NCBI GenBank assembly: GCA_973895155.1 | Contig: OZ316897.1 | Location: forward strand, 22,667,455-22,731,454 | DNA from: Marsupella aquatica | Lineage: Eukaryota > Plantae > Marchantiophyta | DNA: 64,000 bases | Direction: 5' to 3' | Part shown: piece after piece, positions 1-11,657 of the stretch | Position numbering within the stretch: the first letter of the stretch is position 1 | Layout: every line of letters starts with the position of its first letter | The notes under the pieces: generated by a model | What the model was told of the DNA's origin: nothing | The model's database searches: none | The model's input: the letters and a program-made list of their open reading frames with translations, nothing else | Translations under genes and position numbers: made by a program

Positions 1-426
1 GAGAAGAGAAAATGTTATGAAGTACTTGTGGGTCCCTTGTTAATACAAATGACTTAAAAGAGAAATGGACCAAGAGACCATAAGAAGAGACCTCCGACAG
101 AGGTGGTCTAAAATGTAGGACAAAAGAGTGCTCTACATGAGCAAAAATTGGGCCCCATTACATTCCATTCATGTAGGATTGGTAACAGTTTCAGTTTATA
201 ACTTTTTGTAAAGTGAACAGCAACAGTTTCTCCCATCTTGGAGACCAATCTTGGAGACCAATCAAATGTGTAAACTGCCCCCAGCTTCTTGTAAAGCTAC
301 CCTAAGTATCTCTACATCTCCACAGTTCGGAATCTCTGAAACTCCTTACTCTATTATTTTAATTAATATGTGTGACTTTTTGGCCTCACTAGGAAGCTTT
401 GAAACTCCTCACTCTAAGAATTTAAT

Positions 427-1070
427 GATGTATAACCTTTTTGGCCACAGTTACGAACCTTTTGTGTTTGGTCGAGACAGGAGAGAAAGACAGTGGTGGT
501 CAGGTTATTCGCCACAGTTACGAAGCTGTGGAACTGGCTACTTTAATCTTTTAATTAAGTATATCTATGTCTCCACACTTACGATCCTTTGAAACTCCTT
601 ACTCTAAACTTTAAATTATTCCCCTCACTTAGAAAGCTTTGAAACTGGTCACTCTAAGCTCTTGTCACATTTTCCAATGTGTACTCTAGTCCTTGACTTT
701 GCATGCAATGTGTGGCACTCTTCCCTTTACTTTCTGAGTTCGCATGCAATGTTTGGCACTCGTCCCTTTATTTTCTTCAGTTTGAAGTTGCTTTTCTTTT
801 TCCTTGTTTGGTATTAGTCCTCTTTAGATCTCTTTTCCCTCTTTTCCTTTGAACCCTTTTTTTTTTTACTTTCATTGAACTTGTTGTTTTCCGGTTTTAA
901 TGATGTATAACCTTTTTGGCCACAATTAGGAACCTTTTGTGTTTGGTCGAGACAACACAGAGAGGGACACAGTGGTGGTCAGGTTTTGCACCACATTTTT
1001 ACGAACCTTTTTTGTTCAATCGAGACAACTACAGTAGACTAGTGCGATGGACACAGTGGTGGTCAGGTCA
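427..1070. repeat. Dispersed direct repeats, probable degraded TE sequence
   Basis: The block tgatgtataacctttttggccaca..gaaccttttgtgtttggtcgagaca..cagtggtggtcaggt occurs near 427 and 901, with a partial third copy near 1000-1070. Confidence 0.6.
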
Positions 1071-1313
1071 TAGGGCAAAGCGAGAAGGGCAGAGCAGGCC
1101 ACGGAGCCCTTTTTCTTACTCCCGCCTAAACCCAGGACTGCTATCCTCATTCCCCGTAGTTTTTGCTCACCATTCGATCCACTGTCACCGGCCGTCTCGG
1201 GCTGCCATCGCGCCTGAAGTTTCGAAGCTGGCACGGAACAACGTGCCGCGAATTTGGGATCCAAAGCACGATTAGGCCCGACGTCACAATGTCCCAGACT
1301 CCTCCGAAAGTCA

Positions 1314-1568
1314 TATAAATTCCGCAGCAGTCCCAAGATAGAGAGGGCGCTCTTTCACATCGTGTTTCGAGTAAGAGTGGATCGAGAAGCTGCTTCTCGC
1401 CCACCTCTGGACCACACTCAAAGTGATCGACTTAACTTCTCGTCGGCGAAGTATTTCAATGCTTACGGTAGTGAGGACTTATCTGATTCGATCCATATCG
1501 AACGTCATTTCTCGTTTTCGACCTCTCAGTTCGGTGGTCATATTACAGATTCGGATCTCGCATTGCAG
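1314..1568 (+). promoter_or_regulatory. TATA box and probable 5'-UTR intron of dirigent copy 1
   Basis: TATAAAT at 1314-1320; donor-like GA|GTAAGA at 1371; acceptor TTGCAG ending at 1568, 13 nt before the ATG. Confidence 0.5.
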
Positions 1569-1581
1569 GTAATCGTTGAAC

Positions 1582-2118
1582 ATGGCGGGGAACGGCAATA
1601 TGAAGCTCGTTGTTCTGCTTGTAGTTCTGGCTCTGAGCTCGGCGGTGCATGCGAAGCACGGCCCGAAGTATTTGCAGTTGTTTGCACATGAGAGCCGTGT
1701 ACCGCCTACGAACACGCTCATTGTGTCAGCGTCGCCGGATGGGAACTTCAGTGGGATCGACGAGTTTGGCCTAATTAGAACTGTCTCCAATGTTCTCAGA
1801 GAGTCGAGCTCGAATGAGTCAAAGATAATTGGCTCTCAGGTCGGCATTGTCGTTGTCGGGAAGTTCGGGGCCAACGTGTACATCAGCTTTACTTACTTCT
1901 TGAACGAGAACGCGACACATCAGGGCACTATTGCAGTTCACGGCCACATTGACGGAACATCGACCGTGGCTAGAGTTTTTGGTGTGGTTGGCGGGACTGG
2001 TGACTTCCTTGGCGTGAAGGGAGATGATAAATCAGCATTTGATTCCCCAAATCCCCCCAACCCTGCCGATGTTGTCAATATTCACAACCTTACCCTGATC
2101 TATCCTTACTGGTACTGA
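1582..2118 (+). CDS. Dirigent-like secreted protein (copy 1), intronless CDS
   Basis: ATG at 1582 and a hydrophobic signal peptide (MKLVVLLVVLALSSAVHA). Dirigent-type motifs LQLFAHE, FGLIRTVSNVL, IIGSQVG, GTIAVHG and FGVVGGTGDF are present, with N-glycosylation sequons NFS, NES, NAT and NLT. Clear paralog of 8886-9443. Confidence 0.85.
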   Translation: MAGNGNMKLVVLLVVLALSSAVHAKHGPKYLQLFAHESRVPPTNTLIVSASPDGNFSGIDEFGLIRTVSNVLRESSSNESKIIGSQVGIVVVGKFGANVYISFTYFLNENATHQGTIAVHGHIDGTSTVARVFGVVGGTGDFLGVKGDDKSAFDSPNPPNPADVVNIHNLTLIYPYWY

Positions 2119-3099
2119 TAGACTATTTCTGAACTTGTCCAGTGCGTCCAAGTTATTCTTCATAGCCGAGCGCTTCTCTTTTATCAGTCCAAAGTTTGTT
2201 AGCTTCTGCCATGAATGATTTTTTTCATATGATGACGTAGAAAGATATCTATTCGGTAATGGACACTGATATCTCAGAGGACTGAGAAATATCTCATAGT
2301 AACGACATTGTGTTACTCTGACGGTGCCTCGTGTATTTGCCGATTATAAATAAATCTCACTTGGACAAGAGCAAGTTTCCGGAGTGACATGCATTTGCAG
2401 AGCTATGTATTCGTCTTGTCGCAGTGTGAACCGTGGGCTCTCGTCCAGTTCTCTAGTGTCCAATGAGCTCTGTACTGTCCAATGAGCTCTGCACTGATGT
2501 AGGCTGAAATTGATAGCCTGTGGCTGACACTAAATCTATAGTATCGACGAAGGCTGACATTGACATGACTACGGAATAGTCACGCTTACGTATTCATATC
2601 GCTGATCAAATTGCCGTACTTGACATGATCTCCTACACTGATGGATGTACCGGCGTGTGCATCAATCGCGATTGTTCGTCTTCCAGTCATTGGAAAGTAC
2701 TATGCAAAGCAAGAATTTGGGATGAATTGATAACACTCCGAAACGGCGAAACATGCTGAGAAACTAGCAGGTTTTAACTACACAGTTCAACTTGTCGAGA
2801 CGTTGAAACTATCCCGAGAGTTGTGCACCGTCTCCTCTATGTTTTCAGTTCTGTATATGAAAGTATATTAACACGAGGAAATTAGTCTCCTCACGCCTCA
2901 ATACAACAACGGAGTACAACTTTCTCACCATCTCGATTCCTGCCGAAAGTGTCGAAAACGAGAAACGTAGAGTTTCTGGCACGCATTGTCTCACGCTGCT
3001 CGGGCCAACGTTTTTAAACTTTCTCTCTAGCTGGCAGTCATATCTTCGCAAACAATGCACGCCAACAAATCCAGCGGCAAGGATGTCGATGTGTTCTCA

Positions 3100-6000
3100 A
3101 GAAAACCACTAATAGCAGCCTCGAGAAATGACAAAGCTTGAGGATGTTTGAACACGTACAGCTCACTTATTAAGACACTTTCTCACCAAGTCACCAATGC
3201 ACATTGGCAGAATTGGAGGCCCATAACCCTTCTAACTTCTTACACCAATGGTGGAATTCGAGGACGATAACTCTTCTGACTGTTTACTACCAATGCAAAT
3301 TGGCGGAATTGGAGGACCAAAACACTTCTGAGATGGAAGTTCAATAAATGCAAAATCCTTGAATGAAGGAGCCGAAGTTGGCACTACCCAGTTCAATAAA
3401 TGCACATCCTTGAATGGAGGAGCCGAAGTTGGCACCACCTGTAAAGCAGATTTAAAATGCTGGACTGAACAAACACTCCACTTGTCATGAAGCATCTGAG
3501 TAGACACCCAATCTATGAAGTTGAAATCAGGATAGTCTTCCACTTTTGCTGCCTGGATAGACTACTGCATCTTAGTCCTCCTTCTGCTCGTATAGTGACT
3601 ATAGATGAGTGAAAAGTGTTAAGAAAACCTGGATAGACTGCAGCCAAACCCACTGAATGCTCATATAGTCTAGATTAAAAAAAAATGAGTGAAGTGTATC
3701 AAGGAAGCCTGGATAGATTGCAGCTAAACCCTCTTTGTGCTCATGTAATACAGATTATACTATGAGTGAAATGTGGTAAGAAAAGGAGGCACTTATCTTT
3801 GAAATTTTCTATGTATCTAAAATTGTCAATGAAATTTGACTATACCTGGCTAGTTGGAAAGAGCTATCCACGCTATTTCTAAACAACCCAAGAAAATCAG
3901 ATTCCATTGGATATCAAGCAAGTTACTATATGTCAATATTAGCTGGTGAAAAACTTTTGGAAATATTAGATGTGGAGACTGGGTGACTCTTTCTAACGAG
4001 CCCAAGAAAAGCCTATTTCACGGGATATAGGGGAGACATTAAAGGTAAACTTTAAGATTGAAAACTTTTTGGAAATGAGAAGGGTGTTAATGAGTGAAAG
4101 TGTAAACGGGTGTCAACTCTCCATGGAGCATCAATTACCCACATCCATATCTCAATGTAAATACCCAAATGTGCCCCCAGTTCTTGTCAAGCCATTCTTA
4201 TTTCTTAATCTCCTGACACAGTTTCCAACCATATCGCCCCACATTTTTGTAAAGCTACCCCCTAGTGTGTTCCGACACACTTTCCAAACTATGTCTTAAT
4301 GGGCCCCGAAGTTGTGTAGCTACCTTTAGTTTCCTGACACAGTTTCCAACCAGATCTGAATGGGCCACAGTAGTTCTTGTAAAGCCACCCTTAGTTTCCT
4401 AGCACAAAGCACGAAGGGAATCGGTTTCCAGCTTGGCCCTGTCTACCATATCTGAATGCCCCCCGCCCCCCACTAGTTATCCTAGTTTTCTGGCATAGAG
4501 AGAAACAGTTTCAAACCCACACTTGTTAGTTTCGTTGCCAGTAGGTGTTAGTCTTCTAGGCCACTTTTGTAGTAACTTTGGTTGGTTATTTCTCTTAGTT
4601 ATAGGGGTAGGGTGTTAGTCTTCGAGGCCACTTTGTAATCTCTTTGGTTGGTTGGTTGTATCTCTTGGTTATAGGGGTAGGCTGTCTTCTAGGCCACTTT
4701 GTTGTATCTTTGGTTGGTGTTTCTCTTCGTTATAGGGGACCTCGTGGCTTGATTGGGCTCTTCAGTCTTGTCTGGGTTTATCCTTTATTGGGTTGCTTTG
4801 CCTTTGGGACCCTATCTCTCAACTTTCCAATCTGGCCCTTTCTACCATATGTGCATGGGCCTACGAGTGCTAAAGCCACCCTTTAGTTTCCTGGCCTGGA
4901 AGGTAACCGGACGCCCGGTCTAATCAACAAATGGAGTTACGACTTTGGCACAAGACTTTCAAGACGGTGGTCCCCAAGAGAATGCATCTTCCCACTCAGT
5001 CTCCAAAATAAAAATAAAAGTCACCTCTATAATGTTGGAATGACAGTTGGCAAATTGAGCTCAGCTTTCTTGGTCTATTAGTGACACACAATCTAGATTC
5101 AACTTTGTTAGTGTAGCAATTCACCTAGCAAGGGTAAATCTATATTCAAATTAAAAAAATAAATTAAATTCATTTACCTATCTTGTACATAATCATTAGG
5201 CCCTTGCCGGGGTTGCTGATATTTTGTTCGATGTTCCTTTGGCTCAGTACTGTCTTCACACTGCTGTCATGGTAAGCATCTCTATTTAGTTGGTTCGGTT
5301 TTTCTCCATCAGCAGATACAATGTGGACTGGAAAGGTTGTCAACAACTGGCATGTGACCAAATTCTTGGGTTTCCCATTAGTGACCTCCTTGTGGACAAA
5401 CAAGTCACAGGTAGAGCATTGACAATAATGTGCCTCATCGAAGTATTGTTGTTTTCTTGTCTGCATTGCAATCTTGTTGCTGATTGGTGGCAATAACCTC
5501 TCGTGCCTAGGTGGTTGGTCATTGGTGTTTGTGGCTTTCAAAAACTTTTGTTTGAGTTAGAATACTTTCTTTTTTTGAACTTAGGTTTGGCTGTCCCTAT
5601 CTTCTTCTAGTAATTTTATCTGGGGTTGAAAGAGTGGAATAAATCAAGAATTGTCTGAAAGAAGCCCGGGTGGACTCCTCAGTCGGACTTGACAATTCCC
5701 AGTGATGGCATAAGCCTAGCAGACTAGTTTACACCCTCCAAGTTGGATGTACCTCGCAATGTAGCATTCTGTTCAGGGTAGGCGGATAGGGCTGACTTAT
5801 GGTCCCCTTCCTGCAATTGACAATACTATTTTTATTGTATTTACATTCAGACATTCATGTACTCCTAACCAAAGACAGAGAGGGGTTCATCATGGGTCAT
5901 ATTCCGTCCTCTATGAGACATGAGTTTGGGAATGCATTAGAGGTGAAATGTCTTTCATCTAGCCAGGCAACCCTGAAGTTTCTCTCAAGCAAATGTCGAG

Positions 6001-7770
6001 AGCAATCAAGATTTTAGGGTCGAATACTCGTTCCCAGACTGCCGTGAAGTCCTCCATTGCAAAGCATAGAGTTTTGTGGGAACAACAAGAATCTTTGCCG
6101 TTGACTTTCAACATTGACGAGGGGAGCCCATTGGAGCTTAAAGCAGATTGCAACTTACCTGGAAGTGGGATGCTAGACCTGGTCAAGTACTATTGTGTGA
6201 ATTTATATTTTCTTCTTTCAATCTGTCTTTGTCTTGATGTGGGTCTACAGCTCTACAGTGGCTATATAGGAATTGTGTAGCAAACTGAGGGCGACTCACA
6301 TGGACAACCCACATTTGAAGGTACATATTCCATAGGATAATTTGAACCCTACCCAGCGGATGGAAAAATACAGCACATCAATGAGCAACATGTGGACAAC
6401 AAGTTAACCAACATAACCTAAGGCAACCATCTACAAATATCCTGACATGTTTGTAAATACAATAGAAATTGTGATAGAATTGTCAATTGGAACATCTTAA
6501 CCGACAATTAGTAAAAGTTTTGTGCTTGAAATAACATGTTAAAACCAAGACACTTTTGTAAACTCACCAACACTTCTGGACTTACAACGTAAAATTGGTC
6601 CAGAACCAAAGCTACCAGTGTGTAAGGATTTCTGGAGGCCCCATGCTATATCCATAATCTCATGCCCAGAAAGTCTAACTTGTTAACTTTTTCTAGACTA
6701 TGTTTACTTACCATAAGGATGGCCTGGGGTGGGGATCTAGACTAAACCATTCACTTCTATGAGTGTTCGATAGCTCCTTTGGACTCTAGTGATTATTGAC
6801 CGGTAACTTCTGGTTCCCCTCTGGAATCAGAAAAAGTTATGAGTGTCGCTAGAGGCGCCTGAACCCCACTTTTTGGGGGTTATGTGTGTAAACTCTGCTG
6901 GAATAAAAAAAAGTTATGTGTGTAACCAGAGGCCTCTGAACCCCACTGGGGGATGTGTGTTAAATGGCTCGGGGTGAGTTTTGAACCCGGCACCTGAGGT
7001 GCCCCACTATCGCCCTCTACCAGTAGCCCACGGACTGTAGGATGTTCAATGGCATTTTTCCTAGGTATTTATTTTCAGTCTGCGGGCACCTACTAAAGGA
7101 GCAAGCACAACACGACAGTATTTAATGTGAATCCCGTGATTTATAGAAGGAAATACTAAACCCTGTTCTCAAATTGCTCAGAAATTAAAGCTGATAGACG
7201 GAGTTTCTTCCCTTTCTGGTCACAGGCTTAAGGCCTAGTAAGCTTGTGCCCAGACCTTCCTTCTCCTATACATAGGAGTAATGAAAACCTCTTAGTAAAA
7301 ACAATTGGCTTCCACATTCACAACACAACAACAACAATGACAGCTGGCAAATAAAGAGAACTAGACTACTTACAATATGGATATCTTACTAATAAAGCCC
7401 AATGCAAAGCTATTTTCAGGGGTTATTATCTAAAGTGAAACCTCTAGACCATAACTCTCAATAGAATAAAACCCCGGATAAAACTGAAAAGTGAAGGTGG
7501 GCACCCCCCCCAAAAAGGATGGGAGGGAAGGTGGGCCAAAATAAAGGATGGGAGCCAAGATTATTAACACTGACATTGACTCTAAATAAGTACGTACAAA
7601 ACTAATAGGTGACTCTCAGTAAAGGCAAAATAGAAATGAGGGTGAAAAAAAAGGATGAAAACAAAGATGGAACAACAACATTTTTATTTTGCAAATTTTT
7701 CTTTTGTCTTATCTCTATGGGTCATTCAGAAAAACTTGCATTAGTTTTGTGAGGGTGAGACTCACACTGG
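3100..7770. mobile_element. Degenerate transposon-derived block between the dirigent paralogs (family undetermined)
   Basis: No intact gene. It has internal tandem duplications (51-bp at about 3338-3440, others near 3630-3780 and 6830-6955), broken ORF fragments (5170-5541, 5959-6186) and a terminus-like motif at 7742-7768 that recurs at 33664. Confidence 0.4.
6966..7037 (-). mobile_element. tRNA-derived SINE-like head / tRNA-like relic
   Basis: The minus strand reads cagtccgTGGGCTACTGGTAGAGggcgatagtggggcacctcaggtgccgGGTTCAAAACTcaccccgagcc. These are Pol III A-box-like and B-box-like motifs at tRNA spacing, but there is no convincing cloverleaf. Confidence 0.4.
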
Positions 7771-7799
7771 TATGTTACTGCTGTAAACGACGCTCTTGG

Positions 7800-8040
7800 C
7801 ATGACAGCGTCACGGCAACGGTTGCACTTTACATGCCTGCGACATGGTAAACGTTACACTTTACATGGCCGTCGCACGGTAACGTTACACTTTACATCAC
7901 CGCGCCACAGTAAACGTTGCACTTTACATGGCCGCGGCACGGTAACGGTGCACTTTGCATGGCCGCGGCACGGTAAATGTCTCACTTTACATGGGCGTGG
8001 CACGGTAAACGTTGCACTTTACATGGCCTGGCCGCGCCAA
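7800..8040. repeat. Minisatellite, about 31-bp unit, about 8 copies
   Basis: Consensus close to ggtaaacgttgcactttacatggccgcggcac, repeated head-to-tail with substitutions. Confidence 0.85.
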
Positions 8041-8273
8041 CCGCCATCGTTGTTGGCTCCGACGCGCTACGGACCGCGACTCAATCTCAATCGAGGCTCT
8101 TCATAAACAAACGCATGTCCATAACTCTGCATCGCGCACTCTCAGTCAATTACAGTAGCTCCGCGAGCAGCTCTCATCATTCAGACCTCAAGCAACAAGA
8201 GTCCACACAATTCGTTAGATGAACGTTACACAGAAGCGCGATCTCGATCTCGAACGACACGCCTAGCGCAACG

Positions 8274-8775
8274 TTTGGCTTCATCGACCTAGCTCGATCG
8301 ATCCTTCAGGTTTCATATTCCTTCCGTCTCGGTCGCGCTTGCTCATGTGCAACTTTAACGCATTGATACAATTCGAATCAGCACTTTGAGTGTACAGTAA
8401 TGTAATTGTGCATTGTCCAATTCAGTCGCGACACTTCTGGATTTGGATTGATCGACCTCGGTCCTTCAGGCTTTGTAGTCCTTGAATTCGGTCGCGCTCA
8501 TGTGCAACTTTAGCGCATTGATACAAGTCGAATCAGCAGGCAAACTGTACACTAATATAACTGTGCATTGTCTATTTGAGTCACAACACTTCTGAATTTG
8601 GCTTCATCGGCTGCTTCAGGCTTCGTATTCGGACTTCGATCGCGGTCACACTATTTTTTAACGTTAACGCATTGGTACAATTCATCAGGCGCAAGATACA
8701 AAACTGTAGTGCATGCTCTCGAGCCACAACCCCGGGGCCCACAACACTACTAACTAAAATTTGGCTTCATCGATT
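8274..8775. repeat. Diverged tandem repeat, about 160-bp unit x3, immediately upstream of dirigent copy 2
   Basis: Units start with tttggcttcatcg (or a variant) near 8274, 8442, 8597 and 8760. They share internal blocks cttcagg, tcgcg, cgcattg.tacaa and acaacact. Confidence 0.75.
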
Positions 8776-8885
8776 TTCTTCGATCAGATATCGTATTCTC
8801 GATCTCATTCACTTCTCTTCCTATATTGACGGAGTGAATTCTAGTTTCGAGTTGTAAATTTTGAGCTGCAGAGAAATCGCCAGAG

Positions 8886-9443
8886 ATGTCGGGCAGAGAT
8901 AAGCAGAAGCTGATTCTGCTCGTTCTTCTTCTTCTGCCCGTAATTCTTGTGCCATGCTTGGCTCAGCTGCATGGCCCGACGCATTTACAGCTGTATGCTC
9001 ATGGGAGCGTTTTACCACCTGATAACACTTTCATCGTCTCCGTCGCGCCATCCGGGGCCACAGAGGGAATCGATGAGTTCGGCCTCATCAGGACAGTCTC
9101 CAATGTGCTAAGAGAGGGACAGGAAGACGATGCTCGGATCATCGGCTCCCAGGTAGGCACCCTCATAGTCGGCAAGAAGGTCACGGACCTGTTCGTCAGT
9201 TTTGTTTACGCTTTCAACGAGAACGCGACTTACCAGGGATCGATTGCCGTGCACGGTTTCATTGATGGAACGTTTATCGGCGATCGAACTTTTGCTGTGA
9301 TCGGGGGAACTGGAGACTTTCTATATGCAACCGGAGAAGATCGATCTGCGTACGATCCTGTGGAGGCGCCGAACCCGGCTAGTATTCTCAATGTCCACAA
9401 CCTCACTCTGCAGTATTATAGAGCCTTTGCTCATTATCCTTGA
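8886..9443 (+). CDS. Dirigent-like secreted protein (copy 2), intronless CDS
   Basis: 185 aa with a signal peptide (LILLVLLLLPVILVPCLA). It shares GIDEFGLIRTVSNVLRE, IIGSQVG, NENAT, GxIAVHGxIDGT, GGTGDFL and HNLTL with copy 1. Confidence 0.85.
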   Translation: MSGRDKQKLILLVLLLLPVILVPCLAQLHGPTHLQLYAHGSVLPPDNTFIVSVAPSGATEGIDEFGLIRTVSNVLREGQEDDARIIGSQVGTLIVGKKVTDLFVSFVYAFNENATYQGSIAVHGFIDGTFIGDRTFAVIGGTGDFLYATGEDRSAYDPVEAPNPASILNVHNLTLQYYRAFAHYP

Positions 9444-11657
9444 ACGGTATGTCTAGGCCACGCTCTCTGCAGTTACCGCCTCCCGGATTTCAAGCTTCTG
9501 CACATCGACTGGTTCGAATTCAAGCGGATTATATTACTACCAAAAAATGTCTCTTGATTACTCATCCTAGCTGGTTCTGATATTCGTTTCCATCAATCGC
9601 ACTGCTGTAGATTTCAGTTAGATTCGAATCATTCTGAGTATGTGTTCATTATTTGTTAAGAGATACGGAGTACGTAGGTCACATCGGTTTTAGGATGAGG
9701 TTGAAATCCAGTTGGTCATTGTTTCTAGCATCGACAGCAATAATGAGTAATGTTCAAAGCTTCAGATATTGTTTTCTGGAGAAGGCTCGGGATAGCTAGT
9801 CAGGTGATTCACAGCGGCGGACAACTATTACGTTTCAAAACAAATAAGTGGTTGCTTCCACCAGCCAGTATACTGTCGCTTCTATTACCACACCGGCCAG
9901 GGCGATGTGGAGTTTTTAACTTTGAAGATAGATATATGCCATTTGGTCAATTCTCATTTAGTTTTGCCTCCCGCTGGTGCAAGCCCGTGGTAATAAGATT
10001 CCATGCAACGACACGATGATGTTAGACGGTTCGTCGTTTATAGCTTCTGGGCAGTTTCTTTGTAGAATTAAATTGCAAGTAATAACATGTATATCGATTC
10101 CTACTTCCCCCAACAGACTTCCTGCAGTGCATGCCGGACTTCATTTCTAGCGAAGTAATATTGTCGGCGGGGATGGACTAGTAACAGGAACCTTAAATCG
10201 TTCTAACCAGGAGTTGTATGAATTAAGGTGATTGAAAAGCGGGTGCACAGTGTGTAAGCTGACGACACTTGTAGACCTTCCTTGGCCGACACCTTGCGTA
10301 AATTGTCAATTGGATTTTTGCCCTAGGCACAGAGTACTTTGGAGAACCATTGTTTCCATAGCTTCCATCACCACCAGATGAAGTGCACGGTAACATCCTG
10401 TGCCAAGACTGCACGTTAAACTTCGTCCAGGAAGCTGTCTTGTTCGCTGTCGTATGACTATGGCTCCAGTTGCACTATGCATCAATTATTTAGAAAAAGG
10501 AAACGAGGTCAAGCTTACGCGGAAATGTCTAAAACATGTGTTTAATTTTAACTTGATCACGGCCTTACGTGGACTCATGTCAGGATAATCGAAACATTGC
10601 AGCAGGTCAAGGAAGTCAATAACGTAGCAGACCTCACGCAGGGAAAAGATCCACCAGAATTCAATTCACTCATGCCTCCTGCTGTGGATGACCTAAAGCA
10701 GAGAGATCGACTATGATCATGTTTTGGTTGCATCCCAGGCAAAAAGCATTGAGCCTGATTTTGATTTGGTATAAAATGTTGGTACTAGTATCTTTTGAAT
10801 TATCGTTGTCAAGCTAGGTACGGAGGCAGCATATATATATCATCAAAACCATCTCACATTTGCTGTCCTGATAAATAGCTTGAGCTCGTCCAGGTTGTGT
10901 TCAACTTTTGTCCAACGCCTCAAGTGGAGGCTCGCACGAATGTCAATGAATGCTCCTATTTCTATTTTGAAACCTCCAGATCGAGAATAGTCTGTACAAT
11001 CCAATGTTCGTAACCCATTCTTACGTCCTATATCCTACATCCAATACTCAATCGACATCATTGATTGATGTACATACCATTAGCCTCAGTTGCCTTGAAA
11101 CATACTCTCAGCGCCAGAATATTATCTACAAAACCATCCATCCTGCCATATTGTCGATATAACCCTCCAATCTTCTGTCGTCCAGCAAGACCAGTATCAA
11201 TATCATAGCATACTTGTTCTCATTAATTCCGATTCCAAAACCTCAAGCCAGCATTTTCTTTGACATAATCAGTTCTATTCCGAAAACCCTATTCCCTCAG
11301 CAATCCCACTTTACAATGCTCATTCTACAATATAGTAACCACACACTCTGTATATCGATATACAGCACCTCACGTCGATCCCCACCATTAGAGCACCATC
11401 TTGAGCACTATCATCTGGACCTCACATAACCTGACCCCTCACAGTAGACCTTTCACCTCACCACATGTCTCTGGCTGAGGCAACGCCAATGGATTTCAAC
11501 ACCATATATTACAACCCTACCAACATTCACCACTGAAACCATTTTCCGCGACCTACTCACTGTCGATCAAAGCATACTAAATTTCAGTAGATCATGAAAA
11601 GTTAATAGCCCAACCTCGACGAAGGGTCCAGTTTCACATTTACAATTTGTGTCCTAG

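Noticed and set aside
7800-8040. CRISPR-like array
   Set aside because: The units are contiguous with no unique spacers, the context is eukaryotic, and there are no cas genes.
7801-8106. 101-aa ORF with repeated LHGRGTV/CTLHG motifs
   Set aside because: It is simply the translation of the 31-bp minisatellite, and the unit length is not a stable multiple of three.
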